DNA from: Euglena gracilis
Lineage: Eukaryota
Reading direction: 5' to 3'
Assembly: GCA_039621445.1 (NCBI GenBank)
Contig: CP154954.1
Location: forward strand, 20,074,642 to 20,138,641
DNA length: 64,000 bases
Shown here: positions 11,570 to 24,399 of the stretch, in pieces
Layout of the letters: each line of letters begins with the position of its first letter
Position numbering within the stretch: position 1 is the stretch's first letter
The notes under the pieces: generated by a model
What the model saw: the letters and a program-made list of their open reading frames with translations, nothing else
Database searches by the model: none
Told to the model about the DNA's origin: nothing
Made by a program: the position numbers and the translations under genes

Positions 11570-12270
11570 GGCTGAAATGGCCATAACTCGGGCCATGCAG
11601 GGGGTTGCGAGGAAATCGAAATAGTGTTAGATAGGGTCTCCGGACATTTCCTTTGATTTTGCTTCATTTCTGAGCAGGGGTTTTTTTAGTCGTGGACCCC
11701 CGGAGGGGGGGGGGGTCGGTGGGTCCGGTTTCTGAGATATTTGGAAACATCGATTTTTTTTTACCCCGGAAACAGCACAAAATGGCCCCTGAAATGGGCC
11801 AAAATTGGCCGAAAATGGCCATAACTTGGGCTACACGAAGAGTTGGGGGAAAAGTAAAGCGTGCTTGGATAGGGCATTCCAACTGCTTCATTTGGCCTCC
11901 GGACATTTCCTTTTGATTTTGCCTCATTGTCGAGCGTGCCCACGGGCCAGGCATGTTGGCAGCCAAAACAGCGAAGGGGTGATACAGGGCCTCCAGGCAC
12001 ATTTTGGCCTGATCGACACTTCCGGAAATAATGTCCATTTTCTTGACATATATTTCAAAAAATCGATGTTTTGACCAAAAATCTCACCCCGGCAAACTGA
12101 CGGAGTCAAAACTGGGGGGGGGGGTGGCGAATCCATGAAAACCGTGGATTATCACCATGATCCTGGGCTTGTTCCCGGATTTTTTTTTCTTCAGTCGCAA
12201 GCGACTGGATCCCCAGTTTCTAATCACCTCCAGTTGACCCCCCAACTCCCCGCTGTTCACCCGTGAAGTC
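11570..12270. repeat. Unclassified dispersed repeat family (ggacatttcctttgattttgc / ggggagttgcggggaaatc)
   Basis: Related copies at about 16650-17290, 26930-27370, 43590-43860 (reverse) and 53215-53500 (reverse). Confidence 0.7.
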
Positions 12271-12734
12271 CAAACTGGGATTCAAGGGTGTCATGGCCAA
12301 GTGTGAGCTCCTTCAGCAAATTTTTTGAAGGGCGCTTTCGGGGTGCCCTTGGTCGACTGGCAGGGGGGGGGGGCTTTGTGGCAGGGGTCAAAATCCTTGT
12401 GTTTGCAAGGCAAGGATGGCCACGCGTCATATCCCAAATGCAAGATCAATCACCAACCTTCGCCGGGAGGGTGCATTAATTGCCTACCCCCCGCCTGCCC
12501 ATAGCGCCCACAGGGTGCTAATAAATTGTTAAAGCAAATTGAGGATTCCCACAAATGCCTGACAGTCAGTTGTGCAGCTTCTAAACATGCCAACCTCTCC
12601 CAACAATCCCCCTGGAGGGTCCCGGCCCAGAGGGTGGTTCCGGACACCCTCCCCCTGGGGTGGGTCCCCAGAAAAAAACCCTGGGGTGGGGTGGGTCCAA
12701 AAGAACCTCATATCACATGAGCTGGGAGGAGGGG

Positions 12735-13062
12735 CAGTGGGACTCTGGCGGCAAGCCATCGAGGAAGCGGAGACCACCGCCAGGATCCGCACCAATGAAA
12801 CCCACCTGGCAGCCGCCCCCATCGCCATGTGCAGGGTGTTAAGGGACCCCCCCCCCCCCCGGAACCCCCAAGAATTGTTCCGGCGCTTTGTGCCGGAAAA
12901 GATTTTAAAAAAACTTGGTGAATGTTGTGACCGATTCTTCAAAAAAAGCTCGCAAAAATGCCGTCGCAAAAAAATTCTGGCACTTTCTTCCACTTTCTTT
13001 TCTTTTTTTTTGCGCAGGGGGAGGGGGGCATAGACCCCTCATTTAATACCCTGGCCATGTGA
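12735..13062 (+). CDS. Terminal coding exon of paralogue 1 (..WRQAIEEAETTARIRTNETHLAAAPIAM*), interrupted at its stop codon by a hAT MITE / candidate intron 12829-13058
   Basis: GC3-rich; aligns to 26084-26170 with synonymous changes and a 12-nt in-frame indel; TGA at 13060-13062; 5' boundary approximate. Confidence 0.6.
12832..13053. mobile_element. hAT-type MITE
   Basis: TIR cagggtgttaa / ttaataccctg; perfect TSD gccatgtg (12824-12831, 13054-13061); empty site at 26162-26169. Confidence 0.9.
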
Positions 13063-13341
13063 GGCAGGCATGGCCCCCATCCAAGGTATCTCCACAGCTG
13101 TGCTGGGATTCTCTCAATCCAAGCTCCAAGCTTTTGTTTGTGCTTAAATTGTCCAGACATTGTCTTCTTTGATGGCTTTCAGTGATTTGGTACCAGCGTT
13201 TACCCTCTTCCTGTTATTTAAATGCATACAGGGGGCAGGTGGCAACCTCGAGCATTGTTTGCATGTTTTTTAAATGTCTACAGCAATTTTCCTGGCCCAG
13301 AACCCACGTCCACCCATTGCTTTCAAAAACAGTCCAGTTGC

Positions 13342-13402
13342 GTATGTATGTATGTATGTATGTATGTATGTATGTATGTATGTATGTATGTATGTATGTA
13401 TG
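13342..13402 (+). repeat. (TATG)n microsatellite
   Basis: About 15 perfect units, abutting a TA-flanked MITE at 13403-13462. Confidence 0.95.
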
Positions 13403-15811
13403 TACCCCCCCCCTTATTGTCCCACCGACCGGACAATATGGGTGGGGGACAATATGGGGGTACCCCAGCCTGGTTGCGGGCCCTGGCTGTTGTCTACATG
13501 TCCCCCCCATTGGCGCAGGCTGATGAAATGGGCGGGTACCAAAGCTTGAATGGCACTTTTCTCAGCAATCATGAAGGCAGCCGCTTCCCAAATTATAAAC
13601 CTTTCGGGGAATTTGGACCAAAAGATTGTTGGTCTGTGATCATCCATCATTTTACCGTGACCCCCCCCCAAGAGCCAGAGCCTCATTTCAAAAGGAAAAT
13701 GCTTATGACGGGGGTTTTTCGGGGGTTCGCGACTTTGAAGGCCGGTCCCAGGTGGCCAATTTGGCAATTTGACAACCCTGCCCCTAATTGGCCAGAAGGC
13801 GGCATCCAGGCCAGGGGGTTTCTCAAGCCGGAGGGGACCCAGCCAGCCAGCACCTTTTTTCCAGCAACTCCCAGCCGGGCTGCGGACCGACCCCGGGGGG
13901 GGGGTCCACTGAAATCAGGGATCCTCACACGTCCTGAAAGGGAAATTCACGGAGGATCATGGAAATGGACGGAAGGCCATTTTCACGGAAATCACGGAAA
14001 TTCACGGATGAGGCGGAGGGCATTCTTTGATCCTTTGCACTTTTTTTTGTGGGGAACAGGAATTTTTTTTTAACACTGCCATCCAGCCCCCCCCCCCCGA
14101 GGCAGATTGCTATCAGTACATTGAATGCATTTTGGGTTCCTGTTGTGTGCCAGCACCTGGAGCATTCCAAGGATCCCAGCCCTGCAGGACTGGCACCTTA
14201 GTTGCAGGTGCAGTCACTGACTCGTATCGTGTCGACTCGTATTTTTGTGGCGTTGTGGAAAATGCAATGCCACACCAGGGCGTAGACTGGTGGGGAGTGT
14301 CTTCTCTGCATTTTCTATGTTCTGGGGTGGTGTGCTATGTGATTTTTCTCTTGACAACATTTTTTTAATGCAGGAGAATGTTTCTGACGAGAAATTTCTT
14401 TAAGTTTCAGATGTGTTTTTCTTGCAATCACCAAACCGCCCTTTTTTTGCTTTTTTGGGTGGAAGTTGAGCAAAACGTTGCAGTAAATTCTTTCACGCTT
14501 TCTTTGGAAAAAATTATGGGGATTTGCTGTGGGGACATCTCGCATTTAAATGTTTTGGTCGGTGTGAGCAAACATGGATTATACTATCATTTAGTCACTG
14601 CCCCCCCCCCCCATTTACCATGTCCCCCCCCCTTACTGTTCCCGTCCCGTGGCCCCCTTTTGGGTCCATGGGAACAGTAAGGGGGGGGGGAACAGTAAGG
14701 GTGGGGACAAGCTCCCCCCCCTTACTGTTCCCATGGGCCATGAACCAACCAACCAATTTAGACCCAAAAGGCGACCTAAAATGCCAAAATGAAGCTTTTT
14801 TGGTTTACATGCTTGAAAATTGCACCTCCACAACATCCATTTTGGCATTAGGTTGGATTTTGGTGGGATGGAAAGCACATTCCCCCCCCCTTGTCCTTGA
14901 CACGCCTTGTCCATGACACACCCCCCGTGTCAACCGCATTTTTCCCGTACCTAAAAAGAGTAAAGTATTTTTGACACACTTCACGTCTCTGGAGCTAATT
15001 GGTCGCCATTTTCTGCAAAGAACCATGGCTTTGGACTCATCTTCTTTTGAGTGTGGTGATTTAATGAGATATGAGCGCTCCAAGGAAGTTATTGTTGATG
15101 CTATGGTGATTGGGATTACCCAGATTACCTGGCCATCGTTTTGCTGCATGTTTTGTGGTACGGTTCCCATGACACGGCGTGTCCATGACACACCCCCCGT
15201 GTCAACCGCACTTTCCCCGTACTTTGGCGTGTCAAGGACAAGGGGGGGGGAATGCACCTAAAACCGACCAAAAAAAATCCCCTTTTTAACCTTGTGTTCC
15301 AAGAATCTTTTACAAAAGTGCTATGACATTGTATTGTTCCCGTCCCCCCAATGGGAACAGTAAGGGGGGGGAACAGTAAAGGAGAGGGGCATGGTAGTCA
15401 CCCCCCCCCCCCGGGGGGTGACTGGTTTTTTCGGAGTGACTGGCTGGTTTTTGGCCCGGACCCCCAGCCGAAGGCCAGAAATTTTTTGGCCTTTTTTTCA
15501 TGTTTTTTTGGTCAAATCTCCTTTGGATTCCAGAGTGGCCGACCCCCCCCCCCCCAGCAGGGGCAGTGACTGGCTGGTTCCCCCCCCCCAAAGTGATTGA
15601 CTGGTTTTTCGAAGAGTGGGGTCAGGGGGGTGAGGACCCCCCCTCCCCCCCCGGGGGGTCGGTGAAAAATTGTATGATATGGACCTCTGCACAAATTTGT
15701 GTCATATTGGGTATACACATTCGGTCCATAAGCAGCAGTGTTCCAGAAAGGTTTGTTTTTATGTCGGGGGGGGATCTGGCACGGGGGTGCCGTTCTTGAC
15801 CAAAATGGCTA

Positions 15812-15985
15812 CCCCCCCCCCGTATTGTCCCCCCCCCCATATTGTCCCTCGGCCCGGCCGACGAGGGGTTTTTTTGGCTCGGTCAATGAAATTTCCTTTG
15901 GTACCCCCATATTGTCCCCCCCCCATATTGTCCCGGCGGGCCTCCTGGGGAGAGGTCGGTGGGACAATATGGGGGGGGGGGGTGG
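15812..15985. mobile_element. Tc1/pogo-type MITE, inverted copy of 3333-3527
   Basis: Near-identical reverse complement; TA flanks. Confidence 0.8.
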
Positions 15986-16137
15986 TAACTTGGGGGGGGG
16001 GTTCTAAACTTTTTCTCAGGGCTGGAAGGCCAATTTGAGGGGGGGGGGTAAATTTTTTCTTTACCATTTTTGTATGGTTATTTTCCGAATTTTTCTGAAT
16101 GCCCAATTTGGCCCGGGTATTTTACAAAACCCAAAAT

Positions 16138-17404
16138 CAGCCTTGTGCTTAGTCGGGTGCCTACCCCACGGGGGGGGAGGGGCTGCTAGGGGCAGGCACC
16201 CCATAGCACCCGATCCGACCCCCCAGGGTTTGGGAGGTGCCTGCCCGTGGCAGGTACCCCCCTCCGACCCCGGCGCAGAAGGCGCCAGGGGCCCGGAAAA
16301 GGCCATTTTCAATGAAAATTTTCTGGGTCCCCCCGGACCCCTACCCCCGGGGGGGGGTGTGCCTGCTCGGGGCAGGCACCCCACAGCACCAGGTTTTGAA
16401 TAGTGCTGAGCTCTTAATAAGCGCGCACCCACCCGTTCATTGAAAATTTTTTTCGATTTTTTTCGACTTTTTCGACCCGGTTCTGACCCAAAGTCAATGG
16501 GTCGGCGGCCCAAAACGGGGCGCTGGCGGGTCGAAAAACGCTCGTTTTCGGCTCAAAAACAGTTTTTCCGGGTCCGGGAGGCCAAAAAACATCGTTTCGG
16601 GCAAAAAAAATTTTTTTCGATTTTTTTCGACTTTTTGGGCCGAAAACGGACAAGTCGAACAGAGGGAAAAGTGTACAAAATGGCCTGAAACGGCCCAAAT
16701 TGGCCAAAAAACGCCCGTGTCTCGGGCTGGGCGGGGAGTTGTGGGGAAACCAAAGTCCCAGTAGATAGAGCGTTCCAAGGGCTTCAATTTAGGTCTCCGG
16801 ACATTTCCTTTGATTTTGCAACATTTTCGAGAAATTTTGAAAACATTCGTTTTTTGACCCCCCACCCCCCGAAAACGGCTAAGTCGAACAGTGGAAAAAG
16901 TGTACAAAACGGCCATCCGGGCCAAAAACGGCCGTATCTCGGGCCAGGCGGGGAGTTGCGGGGAAATCAAAATACTGGCATATGGGGCGTTCCAAGGGCT
17001 TCAACTTAGGTCTCCGGACATTTCCTTTGATTTTGCATCATTTTGGAGATATTTTGAAAATTGACATTTTTTGGCCGTCCAAAGGGGGGGGGGCTTATCC
17101 AGGGGGGTTGGCCAATCCTACCCAGTTTGGACCCCTTCGCACGTGAATAACTCGGGCCTGGCGGGGAGTTGGGGGTCAAACCCAGGTGATTCGGAAACTA
17201 GGAATCCAGTCGCTCGCGACTGAAAAAAAAAATTTCGGGAACGGGGCCGGGATCATGGTGATAATCCGCCGGTTCCCGAGGTGGCCCCGAGGGGGGGGGG
17301 TTCGGGGGGGGTTTTCCCCCAGTGGTAAGCTTCGCTCTTACCCATAAAGGGATAAGAGCTAAGCGACCCCCCCCTCCCCCCCCCGGTCGGTAAGCACAAG
17401 CATG
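16138..17404. mobile_element. hAT-type element (aggcaccc family) with nested repeat
   Basis: Ends cagccttgtgctta / taagcacaagcatg as in 22814-23100; flanks acccaaaat / acccaaat differ by one homopolymer base. Confidence 0.6.
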
Positions 17405-18179
17405 ACCCAAATGCCCAATCTTGGGGGGGAGGACAATCTGGAGGGGGGGTGGTCTGCAATGTTACTGCAGATCACATTGTCCAAATGATGGGATTTGTTG
17501 GTGTCAACCGGGGATGTAACCCCCCAAATAACTTGGCTTAATGTTTAATAATCCGATGATCTAGAACTTATCCAGTGATCGTACACATGGAATTTTTCAA
17601 TGTGCAATTGATTCCATCTCCTCTCAAATGAAAACATCATCCCAAGGGCTCTGATGACACTTTCAACGTTTTGGATCATTTATGGACCATGTCCTCCCGC
17701 TTCAAGCGCCCCAGAAATCTGGGGATGGGGCAAAGAAATTTTTTAAAGGTTTGTGACCCAGGGGGGGGGTTGGGCTGAGTGGGCACCCTGCCGGAGGCGG
17801 GGTTTTGTTCCATTTTTGGCGCAAAGTGCAAAAATAATTTTTGGACTCCAAAAATTGACCCCCCCCACAAAAGCGGGCCCCGAGCCCTCCCGGGGGGGGG
17901 GGGAGGGTTGACCCCCCCGGTATGTCTTGGATGGTGGTCCGCCTCTGAATGTGTTTGGATTTTTTCCCGGTGGGCAAGCAACGACAATGTCGTCGCCCTG
18001 AGCTGCACTGGTCTCCCTGGCTGCCATGGCCCATTGCCATGGCTGCCACCCCCGTACCGGACATCGTTCTTTCCCCTCCACACCCCCTCACGCACCCTTC
18101 CGGCGTAGCTCTTGCCGGGGGACGTTCCGTGCAGAGGTGCACTCTCCATCCAGCCCTGCTCTGTGGACTTCTTGACATA

Positions 18180-18181
<2 letters not shown>

Positions 18182-18211
<30 letters not shown>
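18182..18211 (+). repeat. (TG)n microsatellite
   Basis: Direct reading. Confidence 0.9.
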
Positions 18212-18213
<2 letters not shown>

Positions 18214-20095
18214 CTGTGCTTTGTTTTTAAGACGACATGCCCTCCCAGATCAATGAGCTGGGGGGGGGGATATTTGATGAAAATCCATCTCTTTTGCATT
18301 CTTGCAGTCAACTGCACAAGGGCACCGTACTGCACCAGGGGGAACCAGTCAGCCACAGCCTTCCCTTCCCAGCCACCCCCCTTCGGGCAACTGGACAGCG
18401 ACGGATTGCTTGCTTTCGGGGGTGCAGGGCCAAAAATGGGTCAAAAATGGACGAAAATGGGTCACAAAAGGGCTGGCTGGCCAGGCCAAATTTGGGGTCA
18501 AAAGAAATCGATTTTTTTTTTGCATAATTGGCAGTTTTTTTGGACATTTTTGCAGAGCACTTTTTCAATTTTTTGGCACCCGGTTCGACCCTGGGTTGGC
18601 CGGCTCCAGCCTGGGGCCCGGGGGGGGGGGGCAGCAGCCTTTTTCCAGCCAGCCCAAATTTTCCAGCCTCTGAGCTGGATTCCCCAGGGTCGTTAAAAAA
18701 ACGCCTTGTGCTTTACAAGACCACCTGGCCACCTGCCATGTGGCTGTTTGGGGCCATCAGGGACTGGGTTTGATATTTATCAACACGAGCATATCATTCT
18801 TCATCCATCACACCTTGCCGTTTTGGACATCTCAGGCCCAGATCTGAACATTTCCTCATTGATTTTGATGTGGGATCAGTGCAAAAGTTTAATTTGCTTA
18901 GCAGTCTGCCCTGCCAATCCCTTGTAATGCCTGAATTCGATAAAGAAAACCTGTGAAGCGTTTGTGCAGCTGTGTGTTTGTATGCACGTGCATGTGTGCT
19001 CACTGAATAGGTTTGCCACACCACACAAAAATGAAAGCGTGGCATTTTCTATGTGAGGGTGGATTTGACAGCAGCAGTCCAACGACAGCCCTGTGGGAGG
19101 CTGACAACCTCTCTTTCAGCATAAAGTGCCCAAGTGCATGCATGTGTCTGGGAGGCAGGGCTTGGTTCTGCCCCCCAATCACCTTGGGCATGGCCCACCC
19201 CACTGGTAGTTTCTCATTTCCATCCTTACCAGGCTGCCGCACATCGATGCTTCTCCATCCATCTGCCATGAGAAGGGAATGCATTGTAGTTCAGGCAAGG
19301 ATTTGTGGGCAAGGATTGCCACAAATTTGTGCCACAACTGCCGGGTGGGGGGGGAATTGGAGGCTGAAAAAATTGATTGGGAAAAAATTGGCCTTTTTTT
19401 GAAAATCCTGCCTCAAAATTTTCAAAATCACCTTCCAGTCATCTTGCAAACAAAACCTGCCAATTTTTTCCGGGCCGTTTTCAGGTTTGGCACCAATTTT
19501 TTCGGTTTCCAATTTTGTTAGTCTAATTTTATCTAGCTTCGATTTTTTCCCTCCCCGGTAATCACAAATAGTCACGAACCAGCACGAAGTTGGGGATTTT
19601 CAAAATCATGAATATTCACAAATAATCATGTATAACCTTGAATAATCACAAATGACCATGAACACTAAAATTAAGGAATTTCAGTTTTCATTGGTCAAAA
19701 ATCTGGGGGGGGGAATATTGCCAAAAACTCCCAAAATGGAACAAAACGTCACTCAGAAGAATGAAACGAAAAAAGGTTTCCAAGACATTGAAATCTGTTA
19801 GGTCAGTCAATTTCCAAGAGGGCGCCAGTTTAGGTCTGGCAATTTCCAAGAAGGCGCCCGTTTTTGGACCAGAAACCACTTTTTTTTGGCAATGTCTCCG
19901 TCCAGATGGTCGGTCGGTCGAGATGCCCACAAAATTTCTGTAGACAAAGGTGAGGTTTATTTTTCTTGCGGGGGTCTGGGGAGGGGGGGACTCGAACAGT
20001 TTCATACGTCGCGCAATTGGCCCACAAAATAAGTATGTAGACAAAGATGAGGGTTTGTTTTTCTTGCCGGGGGGGGGTCCAGGGGGAGGGGGGGG

Positions 20096-20621
20096 CAGGG
20101 ATGGATGGGAAGCCCTTCGGTATTGAGGTAGGTGGTAGGGGGGGGTCCCGACCACCCCCCCCCCCTGGGGGGGTAAGGTGGTAGGGGGGGGCCCGGACCA
20201 CCCCCCCCCCCCCTAGATGTTGGGGTCCGGACCCCCCACCCCCCCCTCCTTGACAGGTGCCAAAAATAGCAGAAAATTTTCTTCCGGCGCTGTGCGCCGG
20301 AAAATGAGCAAAAAACACCCCTTTTGCTGACTTTTGGCCATATTGCCCGTTTTTTGATGTGTTGGTGTTTTCCCCCAAAAACATGTTCAAAAAAATTCAA
20401 AAAATGAGCATTTTTGGATCGATTGTCAAAGAAAAATCAGGGGTTTTTGACCGATTTTGACCCAATTTCCGGCCCTTTGCCCGTCCATGAAATCGAAAAA
20501 TTTTCGGCCCCCCCTCAGTTTCGAGGTAGGAGGGGGGGGTCCGACCCACCCCCCCCCCCCTCCGTGTCGGGAGGGGGGGGTCCGACCCACCCCCCCCCTC
20601 AAGGCTTCCCATCCATCCCTG
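20096..20621. mobile_element. hAT-type MITE
   Basis: Perfect TIR cagggatggatgggaagcc / ggcttcccatccatccctg; G-rich flanks match 7/8. Confidence 0.75.
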
Positions 20622-21607
20622 GGGGAGGGGGCAGGAGCCCGCCCCCCACCCCCGGGCACTCAAACGGTTTCATGCGTCGCGCGATTTGCCCAGAAACCAA
20701 TGCTTCGGAAAAGGTATACGGTGGGTAACCAACTGTACATAGTATGGGTAAAGGAATGGGGTGGGTGGGATATATGGCCTCCTGCAGTTTGTGCAACAGT
20801 GGCCATGAGGATGTGTGTTTTTCAAATTTGCCAAAATTTGCCAAAATTCGCCAATTTTACCGAATTTTGGCAATCTCTTGGCCTTTTTGGGGGGGTTATT
20901 TTGCCAATTTCTGCTGGGAAGTAATCCCATCCCGACTTAGGAAAATTTCGCAGATTTGGACCAGATTTTTACCTGCAATCGCAAGTTAAGGCCAGGGGCC
21001 CGAGAAAAAAATTCGCAGTTTGAGTCATTTTGTGAAATGGTGTATATTTTGAGCTGTCATTCACACTTTTTCAACAAAAAGCCCACAAATATGGAATTTG
21101 TTGGCTGAAACCCCCGAAAATGAAAAAAAAATAACAAAAAGTTTTGCTCCGCCATTTTTTGGGTTTTTTCCCCTCAAGTGCAGATTTGTTCCCTGAGGTT
21201 CAGTCATGGCCAGGCACCTATAGCTAAAATGGCCTAAAATGGCCTCAAATGGCCTAAAATGGCTTTTTGACCCCCTAAAGGTGGGGGTCCCTAAAATGGC
21301 CCAAAATGGCCTAAAATGAGAAAATTTCTGAGGCACAACAATTTTTTGTGAACAACTGAAGCCATTCGAGTGATGATTTTCGGTATCTTGTTTACGTGGA
21401 CAGCAAACAGTGGATTTGATGGAGGAGCACAGCCCCTCAAGGTCCATTTTTTTTCTCCCAAGTGTTATTAGTATCGTCCCCCAAACCCACAGTCCCAAAC
21501 CTTTTTTTGGTAGCTGAATTTTGAAGGTTTGGACAGGTGCATTTCTTCTTATTCCCATCTTTTTTGCTGTGCACCGATGCTGCAAGTAATGAAGCAGTGC
21601 AAATCTA

Positions 21608-22013
21608 CCCCCCCCCCCTAGTCGTACGACCACCCCTCATTTATGACCACCCCCCGGTCACAGGTTGCAGGTCATGGGGGTGTTATGACCACCCCCCCCC
21701 GGTCACAGGTTGCAGGTTGCGAAAAATTTAACCCCCCAAAATAAGTCCGCCCCCTGGCCGGTCCGAGCAAAAATCCATGAAATTGACCCCCCCCAAATAA
21801 GGTCCCCCCTGCCGGCGCGAAGCGCCGGATTTTTGAAAAATGGGACATTTTGGGGGGGGTAAATTTGCCATTTTGGGACAGTTTTCACACACTTCTACGA
21901 CCGCCCCCTCATCTATGACCACCCCCCGGTCACAGGTTGCAGGTTATGGGGGTGTTATGACCACCCCCCCGGTCACAGGTTGCAGGAACCCGGTCATACG
22001 ACTAGGGGGGGGG
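21608..22013. mobile_element. pogo-type MITE (ggtcacaggttgcagg repeats)
   Basis: TA flanks, C-run/G-run TIR with ctagtcgta/tacgactag; family copies at 22448-22713, about 23960-24032 and 25765-25953. Confidence 0.8.
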
Positions 22014-22447
22014 TAGAAACATGGGTAAAAAGGCAGAAAAAAATTGAAGATATTGGAAAAATCTCAACTGAAATATGTGTGTGTTCATTCGTTGGGTACC
22101 AGGGATTCCTTCAAATCACGAACCAGCACAATTTTGGGGATTTTCAAAAACCACAAATAATCACGCCGAATGATCAAATGACCCAAACAAACAACCACAA
22201 GCAATTATGAATGAGATTCTCTCCGATTTATGAACGTGTTCAGAGGGTTTTCTTTTTAGTATTAAGTTCCCCCAAAGGGGAAAACAAACAGAGAGAAGAG
22301 GAATTGATCTCAGCTTTGCCCTTTGATCTCTGCCGTCCTCTCTCAATTTTGCCAAAAAAGGCCCAAATGGCTAAAACAATGCCAAAATCAAATTGAATTG
22401 CACCAGGCAACAGCATCATCTTTCAGAAAAAAAATGACATCTTCTTA

Positions 22448-22713
22448 CCCGCCCCCCCCCCCCTTTGTCGTACGACCACCCCTCATTTACGACCACCCCC
22501 CGGTCACAGGTTGCAGGTCATGAGGGTGTTATGACCACCCCCCCGGTCACAGGTTGCAGGTTGCGAAAAATTTAACGCCACTTTACCTACAACCAGCGCC
22601 TCATTTTACGACCACCCCCCGGTCACAGGTTGTAGGTTATGGGGGTGTTACGACCACCCCCCTGGTCACAGGTTGCAGGAACCCGGTCGTACGACAAGGG
22701 GGGCGGGGGCGGG
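22448..22713. mobile_element. pogo-type MITE (ggtcacaggttgcagg repeats)
   Basis: TA flanks; TIR cccgcccc..ttgtcgtacgac / gtcgtacgacaa..ggggcggg. Confidence 0.8.
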
Positions 22714-22813
22714 TAGGCGGCGCATCTCGCACTCAAGCTTTTTTTGGTCGATCTGAGCATCTTCGCAATCGACCAAAAACCACTTTGAGCATTGGCGTTG
22801 CAGGGGGTGAGAG

Positions 22814-23100
22814 CAGGCTTGCGCTTAGTCGGGTGCCTACCCCACGGGGGGGGGGTGCTAGGGGCAGGCACCCCATAGCACCCGATCCGACCCCCCCAGG
22901 GGGGGGGGGTAGGGTTTCGGGGGGTGCCTGCCCCTAGCAGGCACCCCCCTCCGACCCCGGAAACGGCCATTTTCAATGAAAATTTTCTGGGTCCGGCCCG
23001 GACCCCTATCCCCCCCCCCGGGGGGGGTGTGCCTGCTAGGGGCAGGCACCCTATGGCACCCACCCCCCCTCCCCCCCCCCGGTTGGTAAGCACAAGCATG
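22814..23100. mobile_element. hAT-type MITE (aggcaccc family)
   Basis: TIR caggcttgcgctta / taagcacaagcatg; perfect TSD ggtgagag. Confidence 0.85.
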
Positions 23101-24088
23101 GGTGAGAGCGAGAGGCAGCAGGATTGGACAAAATACAATGTATTTTTGGGATTTTGGGGTCATAACTTGTCATTTGTCAAAATTTCCACTGCCATAAATT
23201 CTTATTGTTCGGAATTCCTGTGTGATTATGAGGTAAGTTTTGTTGAGCTTCCCATGGTTATTATCCAGTGTTTGTGGAATTTTGCATGCTTTTTTGAATG
23301 TGCATTTCTTATCACTGAATAAGAGAAGGTTTGCACACGTTATGATACAATTTTCGGGACAAAAAATGACGCAAAATTATGATTTTCAGAACCCCACCTA
23401 TACCTTAAAATGACCTGAAATGGCCCAAAGTGGCCTTAAATGGCCTAAAATGGCCTTAAATGGCCTAAAATGGGGAAAATTTTGGGCTTGATTATAGGTG
23501 CCTGGTCATGGCCTGAGCCAATGATGGCCCTGAATATCTCTTTTTTGGGGGGCACGAACCGCCGGATTTTTTCCTTTGCAGTCAGGGTTTCCCCCCTTGT
23601 CGAAGCACCCACATTACAAACATATCACTCCCCTCCATCTTCACCCCGTCTCTTCCGGTGCTTTGACCTCCCCTGGGGGAGGGGGTCGGGCTGTGCCCCC
23701 CTCTTCTCTACCGCCAAGGTGCCGAAGGTTTTTCGAACCCAAAATTCACCCTCTCAAAGTGGGTCCCCCTGGACCCCGACCGGGGGGTGTGGTGGGGGGT
23801 CACCTTTTGGAGAACAAGAAGATGGGGTCGAAAGACCCTTCCCCTTGCAGTTGGCCACGGACCACTGCCACGAGACCCGAAATGAAAGTGAATCAGTCGG
23901 GTGAAGTCCGGATGCCATAAAGTGGCCTCCTTCGGCGAGGGGTGGGGGGCAATCCTCGCCCCCCCTCATTTACGACCCCCCCCCCCCGGTCACAGGTTGC
24001 AGGAACCCGGTCGTACGACAAGGGGGGGGGTAATCACTTGGATGGAAAAAGGGGGGTGGGCCTGCTCTTACTGTGCTCACCCCCACAG

Positions 24089-24251
24089 ACCGCCCTCCCC
24101 ACGATGATGCACCCCATCAGCCCCCTGCGCTTCATGCTGGGCGTGATGACCGTCGGCCCCCTCTCCTTCGTGGGCCTCGTCTGCGGGCTGTACAACGCCG
24201 AGGAGGCGTACCACACCCCGGCCTGGCGCCAGAGCCGCCGCGTCGTGCACA
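24089..24251 (+). CDS. First coding exon of paralogue 2
   Basis: One substitution (M to V) relative to 2790-2937; ATG at 24104; same acceptor context. Confidence 0.7.
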
Positions 24252-24399
24252 GGGCAGGGTCCCCCTCTCATGGCATGCTCCCTCTCGTTGTTGTTTTTTT
24301 TTGCAAGCAGCCAGACTTTTTTTCAGTCGGGTGCCTACCCCACATGGGGGGGGGGGTGGGTGCTAGGGGCAGGCAGGGGGGGGGGGGCAGGGTTTTGGG

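Larger units (their letters stand above)
21211..23504. mobile_element. Non-autonomous hAT element (aaaatggcct subterminal repeats), copy 1, with three nested MITEs
   Basis: TIR caggcacctata / tataggtgcctg; perfect TSD gtcatggc (21203-21210, 23505-23512). Confidence 0.9.

Noticed and set aside
19000-19290. hAT or Merlin transposase fragment from LMADGWRS
   Set aside because: Single short motif with no supporting flanking similarity
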